This document shows, in pieces, positions 18,926 to 28,126 of a stretch of 64,000 bases of DNA. The notes beneath the pieces were generated by a model, which saw only the letters and a list, made by a program, of their open reading frames with translations, was not told where the DNA came from and ran no database searches. Origin of the DNA: an uncultured Acidobacteriota bacterium (GTDB taxonomy: Bacteria > Actinomycetota > Acidimicrobiia > Spongiisociales > ZC4RG35). The position numbers were made by a program, and so were the translations under genes. Within the stretch, counting starts at the first letter, position 1, and each line of letters begins with the position of its first letter. The DNA lies in NCBI GenBank assembly GCA_963828465.1, contig CAWHEU010000004.1, forward strand, positions 1,340-65,339, in the 5' to 3' direction.

Positions 18926-19992
18926 GACCTTACGGCGATTACTTGGGTGAGATGCCGACCACGAACGTCTTAGATCGGGAGATCGAACTGCTGCTCGCCG
19001 GCACGCCTATCGAGGGCGGGCGACTGTCTGGGCTGGCCCCCGTGATGGAGATGATCCGCGCTCAATGGGTGACAGCGCCATCTGAGTCAGAAATTGCGCA
19101 CTTCGCCAGAATTGCCGGGGCGGAAGTCAAAGTGCCTCAGGCCGCTACCGCAGCCGCCACCACTCTTCGGCGCCCGCGGTTGACATCCCGGCACGGTTTA
19201 GCCCCGCGTCTGGCAACAGTCGGACTTGCCGTACTTCTGATGTCCGGGACAGCCGGCATGGCCCTGGCCGCCAATGGCGCCGCTCCCGGCGATGCTCTCT
19301 ACGGTCTCGATCGCGCATTGGAGCGGGTAGGCATCGGCTCGGGCTCAACAGACGAACGGCTCGACGAAGCAGTGGTGATAGCAGCTCAAGGTCGGTCGGA
19401 CGAAGCCGTCGGGCATGCCATCGAAGCGCTCAGCCGACATTCAGGGGATTCCTCCGCCATGGCCCTCAGTGCGCTCACCGTGGCCTCCGAGAATCTCGTT
19501 CACACACAGGACACCGGTCACGCGGCCGCTACCGCGAATATTCGTGTCTCGGCCCTGCTCACATACATCGCTGAGAACATCGGCCCCGATAGAGGAACGG
19601 ACGGCCGCGAGTTCGGTCAAGGGGTCGCCCAACTCGCTCGGGACATCGGCGGGGGCGACGATCCAAACGGGGCCCAAGACCCGTCCGTCGCCCCGGCCCC
19701 CGGCCAGGGACAGTCGAACAACCCGGGTGCTGGTGCCGGGAATCAGGGGTCGAACAACCCGGGGGTTGGTTCGAATGGCAACGGCCAGGACAACGGCCCA
19801 CCCGCCGAATCACCATCCGTGACCGCGCCCGGCCGGGACAACGGCCCACCCGCCGAATCACCATCCGTGACCGCGCCCAGCCAGGACAACGGCCCACCCG
19901 CCGAATCACCATCCGTGACCGCGCCTAGCGGCGGGACCAACACGGAAGATTCGCCTGCCGCGACCGCCCCCGGCAAGGAAAACAAGCCCTAG
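18922..19992 (+). CDS. Anti-sigma-factor-like single-pass membrane protein (DUF5667-like extracytoplasmic region) with a Pro-rich repeat tail
   Basis: ATGA overlap with the ECF sigma gene. Central TM 'LATVGLAVLLMSGTAGMALAA', then 'GDALYGLDRALERVG'. The C-terminus carries 3 x 'DNGPPAESPSVTAP'. Confidence 0.55.
   Translation: MRPYGDYLGEMPTTNVLDREIELLLAGTPIEGGRLSGLAPVMEMIRAQWVTAPSESEIAHFARIAGAEVKVPQAATAAATTLRRPRLTSRHGLAPRLATVGLAVLLMSGTAGMALAANGAAPGDALYGLDRALERVGIGSGSTDERLDEAVVIAAQGRSDEAVGHAIEALSRHSGDSSAMALSALTVASENLVHTQDTGHAAATANIRVSALLTYIAENIGPDRGTDGREFGQGVAQLARDIGGGDDPNGAQDPSVAPAPGQGQSNNPGAGAGNQGSNNPGVGSNGNGQDNGPPAESPSVTAPGRDNGPPAESPSVTAPSQDNGPPAESPSVTAPSGGTNTEDSPAATAPGKENKP
19789..19932 (+). 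repeat. 48-bp tandem repeat, 3 near-identical copies (coding)
   Basis: 'gacaacggcccacccgccgaatcaccatccgtgaccgcgcc...' restarts at 19789, 19837 and 19885. Confidence 0.9.
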
Positions 19993-20561
19993 GCCAGGTA
20001 TCTCAGGACGGATTCACCGCGCGGTGACAACCGATACCCGGTGAGGAGGCTCTCGGTGAGCCCCATCTCCTTCAGCTTGCGGACATCCAGCTTGAAGGGA
20101 ATCTTCTCCCGGCCCACCAATGCGGCCAGGTCTTCGGCTCGCACCCCGGGATTGGCCGCGATCAGGCTCAGAGTCTCCCGTGTCCATGGACCGTGCTTGC
20201 TGATGGAATCGAGGCGTTGCAGACGGCGGTCGATCTCAGTCATCCCGGCCTCATCGGGGATCGTCTCCCGGAGTAACACCCGCGGGTCCGGCCCAACGTG
20301 GCGAAGTCGGATGCGATAGAGCCTTTCCCCACGGTTCCCAGCTGAAGCGATGAGCTGGGGCACACTCTCGAATCCGCCTTCGACCGCGTCTTGCCGAGTC
20401 AGCACCACCGGGTCGACGGGGTCGACGGCGAGAACCTCGATGACACCGATGGCGGTACGAAGGTTCGAACCGACTTTGACCCGTGCTCGGTCCCATCGCC
20501 GGTACACCGACTCGATCCGTCCGGTCTCGATCCCTGCCAGGACGTCGTGCTTGAGGAGCAT
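19989..20561 (-). CDS. ASCH-like domain protein with a C-terminal winged-helix-like region
   Basis: Starts at 'MLLKHDVLAGIETGRIESVYRRW..'. The listed ORF extends to 20882, but that part overlaps the divergent nuclease gene and looks non-coding. Confidence 0.5.
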   Translation of the reverse strand: MLLKHDVLAGIETGRIESVYRRWDRARVKVGSNLRTAIGVIEVLAVDPVDPVVLTRQDAVEGGFESVPQLIASAGNRGERLYRIRLRHVGPDPRVLLRETIPDEAGMTEIDRRLQRLDSISKHGPWTRETLSLIAANPGVRAEDLAALVGREKIPFKLDVRKLKEMGLTESLLTGYRLSPRGESVLRYLA

Positions 20562-20730
20562 GGAACGCTGAACGTTACGGCGCTGCGAACTGAGTCCGAC
20601 CGGTGGCCCTTGGGCCAAACCTTGGGGAACCTTCGACGAACTCACTTTGCGACCGAGATGTGGTGCAATAGCGTCGGGCTGGCCGACAAAGGCTGAACTC
20701 GGGGCGGGAGGCGCATCACAGGAGGACGAA

Positions 20731-23700
20731 GTGACTCGCAACCGCTCGATGACGGGCGCGCTGATCGTGATCGGCATGCTCGGCTCCCTGCTCCCCATCA
20801 CCGCCCTGCCGGCGGCCGCAACCACCGGCGACCTGGTCATCACCGGCGTCGTCGACGGCCCATTGACCGGAGGTCTGCCCAAGGCGGTCGAGCTCTATAT
20901 CGCCAATGACATCCCCGATCTGAGCATCTACGGGGTGGGCTCGGCCAACAACGGGAACCCGAGCACCGGTCCGGAGTTCACCTTCCCTGCCGTCGCTGCA
21001 ACGGCCGGTGATTTCATCTACCTGGCGACAGAAGGCCCTGGATTCACCAGCTTCTTTGGCTTCGCCCCCGACTTCATCCATGGTCAGGCCACCAACATCA
21101 ACGGGGACGATGCCATCGAGCTCTTCCTGGGCACCGATGTCGTCGATGTGTTTGGCACCGTTGGCATGTCCGGGACCGGCCAGCCCTGGGAGTACACGGA
21201 CGGGTGGGCTTACCGCGTAGACGGGACTGGCCAGGACGGGACCACCTTCACCATGGACAATTGGTCATTCAGCGGACCAAACGCCCTGGACAACGAGACG
21301 AGCAACGCCACCGCGGCGGCGCCATTTCCCATCGGCACCTTTACCGCGGACGAGACACCGCCGCCGACGTCCGTGATCATCAATGAAGTCGACGCCGACA
21401 CGCCCGGCACCGACGCTGCCGAATTCGTCGAGATCTACGACGGCGGCACGGGGAACACCTCTCTGGATGGGTTTGCCCTGGTCTTCTACAACGGGAGCAA
21501 CGACCTCAGCTACGGGTCGGTGGACCTCGACGGCTTGACCACCGACTCCGATGGACATGCCGTGGTCTGTGGCGATGTCGATGCTGCTTTCGCCGTCAAC
21601 TGTGATCTCGACTCACCGGTCCCCATCCAGAACGGGCAGGACGCGGTCGCCCTCTATGCAGCCGATGCCACGAACTTCCCTGTGAACAGCCCAATCATTC
21701 TCGAAGGCCTGGTCGACGCCGTGGTCCACGAGACCGCCGACCCGGACGACCCCGGATTGATCGCCTTGTTGAACGCCGGCCAGCCGCAGGTGGACGAGAA
21801 CGCGGCCGGGGATGGGCCGGGCCATTCCATCCAACGGTGCCCGAACGGGAGTGGCGGAGTCCGAAACACCGACACTTATGCCCAATTCATCCCGACAGTT
21901 GGGGTGGCCAATGTGTGTGCGATTGTGCCGCCGGACCCGGTTGCCCGTCTCATCCATGACATCCAGGGAGCCGGACCGGCCAGCCCACACGACGGCACTG
22001 GCGTCGTGGTCGAGGCGGTTGTCGTCGGTGACTTCCAGGGCACCGGGGCACTCCGCGGCTTCTACCTGCAGGAGGAGGACGCACAGGCCGACAGCGATCC
22101 ATTGACCTCTGAAGGCATCTTCGTGTTTGACGGCTCCTTCGGCGTGAACGTCGCCGTTGGTGACCTCGTCGAGGTGACCGGCACGGTGGACGAGTTCAAC
22201 GGCTCCACCCAGATCGGCACAGTGACCTCGGTGACGGTGATCTCGGCGGGGAACGTCGTCACCCCCTCCACCGTCACCCTTCCAGTGACGGAGATCACAG
22301 ACCTCGAGGCGTACGAGGGCATGTCGGTCCATGTGTCTCAGACCCTGACGATCTCCGAGTTCTTCAATTACGACCGCTTCGGCGAGATCGTCCTGTCCAC
22401 AGCGCGACAATTTCAGCCAACCGCCCTGTTCGAGCCCGAGTCGCCAGAAGCCAGCGAGCTCGCGGCAGCCAATGCCCTGAGCCGGATCACCCTCGACGAC
22501 GGTCGGACCGCCCAGAACCCGGACCCGGCGATTCACCCGAACGGCGACGAGTTCAACCTGGACAACCTGTTCCGCGGCGGCGACACCGTGGCGAATGTGG
22601 TCGGAGTGCTCGACTTCGCATTCAACCTCTACAGGATTCATCCGACACAGGGGGCCGATTTCGCGGTCCAGAATCCGCGTCCGGAAGAGCATGCCGCAGT
22701 GGGGGGCAGCCTCGAGGTAGCGGCATCCAATGTGCTGAACTACTTCTCCACGATCGACACCGGTGTCTTCATCTGCGGACCGTTGGAGAACCAGGAGTGC
22801 CGTGGGGCCGACGATCCGGATGAGTTCACCCGGCAAAAGGACAAGATCATCACGGCCCTGGCGGAGATCGATGCCGACGTGGTCGGTTTGATGGAGATCG
22901 AAAACCATCCCACGGACGAGGCCTTGGCCGATCTTGTCGCCGGGCTCAACGCTGAGATGGGCGCCGGGACCTATGAATACATCGGATCGGGGTCGATCGG
23001 GCCGGACGCGATCAGGATCGCACTCATCTACAAACCGTCGAGGGTGACCCCGGTTGGAACCGACGCGGTGCTCGACAGCGACGAGTTCCTCGACCCGAAC
23101 AACCTCGGGCGGGCCCAGAACCGGCCGGCCCAGGCTCAGACCTTCGAGGAGAACACCACCGGTGAGCGATTGACGGTGGTCGTCAACCACCTGAAGTCGA
23201 AAGGCTCGGAATGCGGGCCCGGCGATGACGATCCGGTGCAGGGGAACTGCAACCTGACCCGGACATTGTCGGCGGCCGTCCTGGCCGACTGGCTCGCCAC
23301 CGATCCGACCGGAAGCGGAGACTCCGACTTCCTCGTCATCGGTGATCTGAATTCATACGACAAAGAGGATCCAATCGACGCGCTGACCGCGGGATCCGAC
23401 GACACCGCCGGCACCGGTGACGACTTCACCGATCTCATTCTCCAGTTCGAGGGCGAGGACGCGTACAGCTTCCTGTTCGACGGCCAACTCGGCTATCTCG
23501 ACTATGCGCTGGCGAACCGGACACTGCTGGGACAGGTCACGGGGGCGACGGAATGGCACATCAACGCAGACGAGCCCGATCTGATCGACTACGACACCGA
23601 GTTCAAGCAGGACGCCCAAGATGCCATCTACGCCCCCGACCAGTACCGCTCAGCTGATCACGACGCGGTGGTGGTCGGACTCGCCCTGGACCAGACGCCA

Positions 23701-24000
23701 CCGGTGGTCGCTGCCGAGCTGGATCGGATCACCGTCACACGCAATACCGGGCTGTTCGTTGTCGACTTCTCTTGCGTTGACAATGTCGATCCCGATCCGG
23801 AATGCGCGGCCGATCTAAACGGGGTGCCGGTCACCGACGGTCAGATCACCCATCTGGTCGAGGCGCCGGGCCAGCCGATCACGCTGCGTCTCGGGCCAGT
23901 GCTCTTCATGAAGGACGAAAGCTTCACCCTGACCGTGACCGGGACCGACGCGCGGGGTAACAGCGCGACGGCAACAGCCGAACCGGTCTTCCGGAGTTAG
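20731..24000 (+). CDS. ExeM/NucH family extracellular endonuclease (lamin-tail domains plus endonuclease/exonuclease/phosphatase domain)
   Basis: AGGAGG SD 4 nt before the GTG at 20731; signal peptide 'LIVIGMLGSLLPITALPAAA'. LTD 'VIINEVDADTPGTDAAEFVEIYD'; 'IHDIQG'. EEP region 'VASNVLNYF...VVGLMEIEN...VVVNHLKSKG...SADHDAVVVGL'. Confidence 0.8.
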   Translation: MTRNRSMTGALIVIGMLGSLLPITALPAAATTGDLVITGVVDGPLTGGLPKAVELYIANDIPDLSIYGVGSANNGNPSTGPEFTFPAVAATAGDFIYLATEGPGFTSFFGFAPDFIHGQATNINGDDAIELFLGTDVVDVFGTVGMSGTGQPWEYTDGWAYRVDGTGQDGTTFTMDNWSFSGPNALDNETSNATAAAPFPIGTFTADETPPPTSVIINEVDADTPGTDAAEFVEIYDGGTGNTSLDGFALVFYNGSNDLSYGSVDLDGLTTDSDGHAVVCGDVDAAFAVNCDLDSPVPIQNGQDAVALYAADATNFPVNSPIILEGLVDAVVHETADPDDPGLIALLNAGQPQVDENAAGDGPGHSIQRCPNGSGGVRNTDTYAQFIPTVGVANVCAIVPPDPVARLIHDIQGAGPASPHDGTGVVVEAVVVGDFQGTGALRGFYLQEEDAQADSDPLTSEGIFVFDGSFGVNVAVGDLVEVTGTVDEFNGSTQIGTVTSVTVISAGNVVTPSTVTLPVTEITDLEAYEGMSVHVSQTLTISEFFNYDRFGEIVLSTARQFQPTALFEPESPEASELAAANALSRITLDDGRTAQNPDPAIHPNGDEFNLDNLFRGGDTVANVVGVLDFAFNLYRIHPTQGADFAVQNPRPEEHAAVGGSLEVAASNVLNYFSTIDTGVFICGPLENQECRGADDPDEFTRQKDKIITALAEIDADVVGLMEIENHPTDEALADLVAGLNAEMGAGTYEYIGSGSIGPDAIRIALIYKPSRVTPVGTDAVLDSDEFLDPNNLGRAQNRPAQAQTFEENTTGERLTVVVNHLKSKGSECGPGDDDPVQGNCNLTRTLSAAVLADWLATDPTGSGDSDFLVIGDLNSYDKEDPIDALTAGSDDTAGTGDDFTDLILQFEGEDAYSFLFDGQLGYLDYALANRTLLGQVTGATEWHINADEPDLIDYDTEFKQDAQDAIYAPDQYRSADHDAVVVGLALDQTPPVVAAELDRITVTRNTGLFVVDFSCVDNVDPDPECAADLNGVPVTDGQITHLVEAPGQPITLRLGPVLFMKDESFTLTVTGTDARGNSATATAEPVFRS

Positions 24001-24005
24001 AAGCC

Positions 24006-24998
24006 CTAGATCTGGCCCGCCTCCAATTCGACCGGCCGAGTGGCGACTGTCGAGATGGCGCCACCCCGGATCACAGTGAGATCGACCGATCCGCCGACAC
24101 GGTCTCCGGTCATCATGCGCTGAAGGTCCCTGGCGTCTCGTAGGGGCACTCCGTCACCGGCCACCAGGATGTCACCCGGGCGGATCCCCGCCCTTTGCGC
24201 CGGGCTGCCCTCCACTACTTCCACGACCTCGATGCCTCGCTCTTGGCCCAACCGGTCAGCCAGCAGCGGCGGCAGAGGGCGGGTCCCCCCGGCAACGCCG
24301 AGATAGGCGCGACGGACCTTCCCGCTCTTGATCAGCTCTGCGACGATTGCCTTGGTCGCCTCGTCGATTGGCACCGCCAGACCAAGGCCCTGGCCGATCA
24401 TCGGCCCGACGACGGCAGTGTTGACCCCGACCACCCTGCCTCCGGCGTCGGATAGTGGCCCGCCGGAGTTCCCGGGGTGAAGGGCGGCGTCGGTCTGGAT
24501 CACGTTCTCGACGAGGCGTGAATGCCCCTGACTATTGGCCGCGATCGACCGTCCCAATGCGCTGACCACCCCCGCCGTCACCGATCCCGAGAAACCGAGG
24601 GGGTTGCCCAGTGCGACGACGAGCTGGCCCACCTCCAGGCTCGAGGCGTCTCCCAGCTCGGCAGCAGGCGCCTCTGAACCTTCGAGCTTGAGAACTGCGA
24701 GATCGGAGAGTCGGTCGCGGCCCACGACGTCGAACCCTGTCTCCCAGCCGTCCACGAACGAGGCGCCACCCCTGGTGCTTCCCTCCACCACATGGGCCGA
24801 TGTCAGCATGAACCCGTCGCCGCTGATGACTACGCCCGAGCCCGAGCCGTCTTGCCACTCACCCCTGCGACCCCGACGACGCGTGGTCAGGGCAACAACG
24901 GTTGGCAGGAGCGTCCGCGCCACAGACGTGACTACTGCTGAGTAGGCGTCGAGGGCGATCTGACCCCGGGCAATGTCGACGGAGGGATCCAGGGTCAC
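24006..24998 (-). CDS. HtrA/DegP-like trypsin-family serine protease with PDZ domain
   Basis: Catalytic triad context 'LTSAHVV', 'DLAVLKL' and 'GNSGGPL'. C-terminal PDZ 'GIEVVEVVEGSPAQRAGIRPGDILV'. Confidence 0.85.
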   Translation of the reverse strand: MTLDPSVDIARGQIALDAYSAVVTSVARTLLPTVVALTTRRRGRRGEWQDGSGSGVVISGDGFMLTSAHVVEGSTRGGASFVDGWETGFDVVGRDRLSDLAVLKLEGSEAPAAELGDASSLEVGQLVVALGNPLGFSGSVTAGVVSALGRSIAANSQGHSRLVENVIQTDAALHPGNSGGPLSDAGGRVVGVNTAVVGPMIGQGLGLAVPIDEATKAIVAELIKSGKVRRAYLGVAGGTRPLPPLLADRLGQERGIEVVEVVEGSPAQRAGIRPGDILVAGDGVPLRDARDLQRMMTGDRVGGSVDLTVIRGGAISTVATRPVELEAGQI

Positions 24999-25880
24999 GA
25001 GAACCGGGCGGTCACGGAGAGCCTGTCGTTGACACGAACCAATACAAGGTCCAATGACTCGCCAGAGGCAGACAGGACACGATGAAGGTCGTCGACGTCG
25101 GAGGTCGCCTGGTCTCCTGCGCTGACCAACACGTCTCCCTCCCGCACACCAGCGACATCTGCAGGCGAGCCCTCCTCGACCAGCCTTATGAGAAGGCCAT
25201 CCGCTTCGTCGAGGCCCATGGTCCGACGAAGACGCCGGGTCACCTCGACGGGAGCGAGACCGATGCCGAGATGGCGCGGCTCGGGGCGGTCACCGCTGCG
25301 AAGCGCCGTCACCGTGGACCTCAGGTCGCCGGTGGCGGCCTGCGCCAGATAGAACCCCCTACCCAGGCGGCGGGTGTTGATTCCCACCAACAGCCCGTCC
25401 AGGTCGACCACAGGGCCACCCGATGCCCCGGGAGGGGCTAGGGCCGTGTGCTCGAATCCACCGGCCACCCGTCGGCCCCGAGGCCCGCGGAACGATCGAT
25501 CGGCGGCAGCGATCCAGCCCAGAGTCGCCCTGAGACCACGCCCCCCCGGGTTGGCCAGCCCGACGACCGGCGCACCGATAGCAGGTTCTACTTCGTCCGG
25601 CTGCCATGTGATGGTCCCGGCCGCATCTTTGCTGACTTCGAGCAAGGCCAGATCAGCGTCCACATCGATCCCCAGGACGCTCGCCTGTTCCACCCGCCGG
25701 TCGAAGAACGTGACAGTCGCCCGTCTCGGGGCTCACGTTGTGGGCATTGGTGAGGACCAGGCCGTCTTCCAGCAGGACTCCGGAGCCCATGCCCCAACGG
25801 CCTCCGAGCCCGACCACCGACGGGCCGACGGAGTCCGCCACCGAGGCCACCGCTTCCCCTATCTCGGTGAGAATCATCAT
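24995..25880 (-). pseudogene. Second HtrA-like serine protease with PDZ domain, interrupted as sequenced by a 1-nt frameshift near 25728-25731
   Basis: The N-terminal piece 'MMILTEIG..GSGVLLEDGLVLTNAHNVS' (AGGAGG SD, ATG 25880) is in one frame. 'ATVTFFDRRVEQASVLGIDVDADLALLEV...PGASGGPVV...PDZ' is in the +1 frame. Removing one base of a GGGG run restores one 295-codon ORF. Confidence 0.7.
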
Positions 25881-25900
25881 GCGCCTCCTGGTCACTAGCG

Positions 25901-25917
25901 ACTTGCAATTTGCAAGT
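25901..25917. promoter_or_regulatory. Perfect 8-1-8 palindrome, candidate HxlR operator in the divergent promoter region
   Basis: 'ACTTGCAA-T-TTGCAAGT' lies between the protease start (25880) and the HxlR start (25962). A third half-site-like 'ACTTGTAAG' follows at 25927. Confidence 0.55.
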
Positions 25918-25961
25918 ATATCACCACTTGTAAGCCGGTCGGCAAGGCTGAGCGACATAAC

Positions 25962-26390
25962 ATGGAGCAGATGAAGGAAGACCGCGGACCGCTGAGTCGG
26001 GCATTGGAGCGGATCGGTGACCGCTGGTCTCTCCTGATCATCGACGCCTTGCAAGGCGCGCCGCTGAGGTTCTCAGACCTCGCCGACCGAGTCACCGGGA
26101 TCGCGCCCAACATCCTCTCCAGCCGTCTTAGCCGTCTCGAGGAAGAGGGCGTGATCCTGTCCAGGCCCTACTCGGAGAAGCCTCCCCGCCATGTCTACGA
26201 GCTGACCGGGGCCGGTCGCGACCTGGCCGGCGCCCTCCGGTTGCTCGCCCATTGGGGTGACCGTCAGTCAGACGAAGGAGAGACGATCAGGCACCAGCTC
26301 TGCGGCACGCCGCTCGAGGCTCACTGGTACTGCGCCAGCTGTGACCGGATCGTCGATCAGGGAGCGGAGACGGAAATCCGGCTGGTCTGA
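25962..26390 (+). CDS. HxlR family winged-helix transcriptional regulator with a Cys-rich C-terminal extension
   Basis: 'IGDRWSLLIIDALQGAPLRFSDLADRVTGIAPNILSSRLSRLEEEGVI'. C-terminal 'HQLCGTPLEAHWYCASCDRIV'. Confidence 0.85.
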   Translation: MEQMKEDRGPLSRALERIGDRWSLLIIDALQGAPLRFSDLADRVTGIAPNILSSRLSRLEEEGVILSRPYSEKPPRHVYELTGAGRDLAGALRLLAHWGDRQSDEGETIRHQLCGTPLEAHWYCASCDRIVDQGAETEIRLV

Positions 26391-27265
26391 CGCGTCGAAG
26401 GATGCTCGCCATCCTGATGCCGCTCATGCCGACCCGGTTTGGTCAACGAGGCAAGGAGCAAGCCGCCAACCGCGACGAGCCCCACGGTGGACACCAACAG
26501 GGTCGTCAACCACGGCCAGAACGACGCCGCCGCAACTGGAGCATCAACGACAATCGGATCCGTGGGCTCCAATGTCACCGCCGGCGGCTCAGCAGCGAAG
26601 TCGGCGGCTCCTGCCGTGATGGGTGCCGCTGCGGCCGTAGTCCCGACTGCTCGCACCGGCTGCTCTGAGTGAATCGTTAGACGGCTCCGCTGGGAGGCGT
26701 AGCCATAGGCGAAGATCATGTCCGTCTCAGAAGCGGACGAGACAACGATCCTCACGCCGAGGTGCCGACCCTCTCCGAATTGGTGGTCGAGGGCGGGGAA
26801 ATCGACCGTGGTCTCGATCCACGTCGCACCGGTGCCGCTGTCGATCGTCGCTGCCTTCGATCCGAGGTTGTCACAGTCGGAGCTTGTCGTGTCACAGTCG
26901 AGGAGATACACGGTGAAGACACCCTGTCTCCCTGCCTCGAACATGTCGGCCGCACTCCACACCACCATCGTGGGGTAACCCGTCAGCCGCTGCCCGCTCG
27001 TCTCGATCTGCCAGTGCTGAAAGCGGGTTTCGTCATCCTCTTCCAACCCCCGACTGGAGCGTTGAAGGAGCAATCCGGGCTCGACGTCCCTACCCCGGTC
27101 GTAGTTGGGCATCTCTCCCCCGAGCGGGTTGAACATCAATTGGGCACGGGGGACGCCATCCGGGCCCAGGTAGTAGTTCTCCTGCTCAGCGAGGGCGACG
27201 CCCGGAGCGAGAAGCACCAGGGTGAGGGCGACCAGCACGCCCCATTTCACGCCGGGTCCTCGCAT
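26357..27265 (-). CDS. Hypothetical secreted protein with a C-terminal TM anchor
   Basis: Signal peptide 'GVLVALTLVLLAPGVALAEQ', a ~200-aa beta-rich domain, an Ala/Pro linker and the TM 'LTTLLVSTVGLVAVGGLLLASL'. I recognised no family. Confidence 0.5.
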   Translation of the reverse strand: MRGPGVKWGVLVALTLVLLAPGVALAEQENYYLGPDGVPRAQLMFNPLGGEMPNYDRGRDVEPGLLLQRSSRGLEEDDETRFQHWQIETSGQRLTGYPTMVVWSAADMFEAGRQGVFTVYLLDCDTTSSDCDNLGSKAATIDSGTGATWIETTVDFPALDHQFGEGRHLGVRIVVSSASETDMIFAYGYASQRSRLTIHSEQPVRAVGTTAAAAPITAGAADFAAEPPAVTLEPTDPIVVDAPVAAASFWPWLTTLLVSTVGLVAVGGLLLASLTKPGRHERHQDGEHPSTRQTSRISVSAP

Positions 27266-27268
27266 GTC

Positions 27269-28120
27269 TCAACGCACCCCTGCTTCGAGCGGAACCAGAT
27301 CCGCAGGCGAACCAGCCGGGGCGGAGGCCATCGGCAGGCTCACCGAGAAATGAGTCCAACTCGGATCTCTCTTATAGCCCAACTCCGCGCCGATCTGCTC
27401 GGCGAGCCCACGGACGACAGCGAGGCCCGATCCAGAGCGCACCGGGCTCCGGGCTTCCGCTGCGAGATCCACGTAGCGTCGGAACACCTGAGTGCCGGTC
27501 CCCTCCGGGAGCCCGGGACCGTCGTCGGAGACGCTGATCCTCATGTCCTGGCCCTCGGCCACTGCCCAGATGGCAACTCTCTTGCCCCCGTGGCGGACGG
27601 CATTGCCAACCAAGAGATGGAGGATCTCGCGGAAGATGCTGGGATCGGTCTCGATGACGATCTCCGGCACGGCGATCTTGATATCGGCGCCAAGGTCCTG
27701 GTACTCGACGGCGACGACGAGAGCCTCTGCCTTCACATTGCACTGTTCGACGTGCGGGACGAGCTCATGGGACACGCCGGCGAGGAATTGGCCGGTGGCC
27801 CGGTTCGTGACGCGTTCCAGCCCCAGCTCGAGTTGGATCTCGTCCTCGCGGGCGCTGAGGCGAGCCCGAGCCGCACGCCAGAAGAAGACCATGACTAGGG
27901 CGGGAACGGCGAAGCTGACCGCGATCTGTGCGGTCATAGCGGGCCCGAATCGGCTCGACGAATAGACGCCGAGTGCACTCAGCCCGAGCAACGTAATCAC
28001 CAGGAGCACCGCCGTCCCACGGCCGGCCACGATCCGGCGACTCCCTCGTAGCGTGGTCACGGAGTATTTATCGGCGGAAACTCGACGGGCTTGATCGGCT
28101 GGAGCCGCCCCGGGAATCAA
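27269..28120 (-). CDS. Compact sensor histidine kinase (2 TM, short DHp, HATPase_c)
   Basis: H-box-like 'FLAGVSHEL', N-box 'LLVGNAVRHGG', 'VSDDGPGLP' and 'GSGLAVVRGLAE'. Confidence 0.7.
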   Translation of the reverse strand: MIPGAAPADQARRVSADKYSVTTLRGSRRIVAGRGTAVLLVITLLGLSALGVYSSSRFGPAMTAQIAVSFAVPALVMVFFWRAARARLSAREDEIQLELGLERVTNRATGQFLAGVSHELVPHVEQCNVKAEALVVAVEYQDLGADIKIAVPEIVIETDPSIFREILHLLVGNAVRHGGKRVAIWAVAEGQDMRISVSDDGPGLPEGTGTQVFRRYVDLAAEARSPVRSGSGLAVVRGLAEQIGAELGYKRDPSWTHFSVSLPMASAPAGSPADLVPLEAGVR

Positions 28121-28126
28121 AATGAA

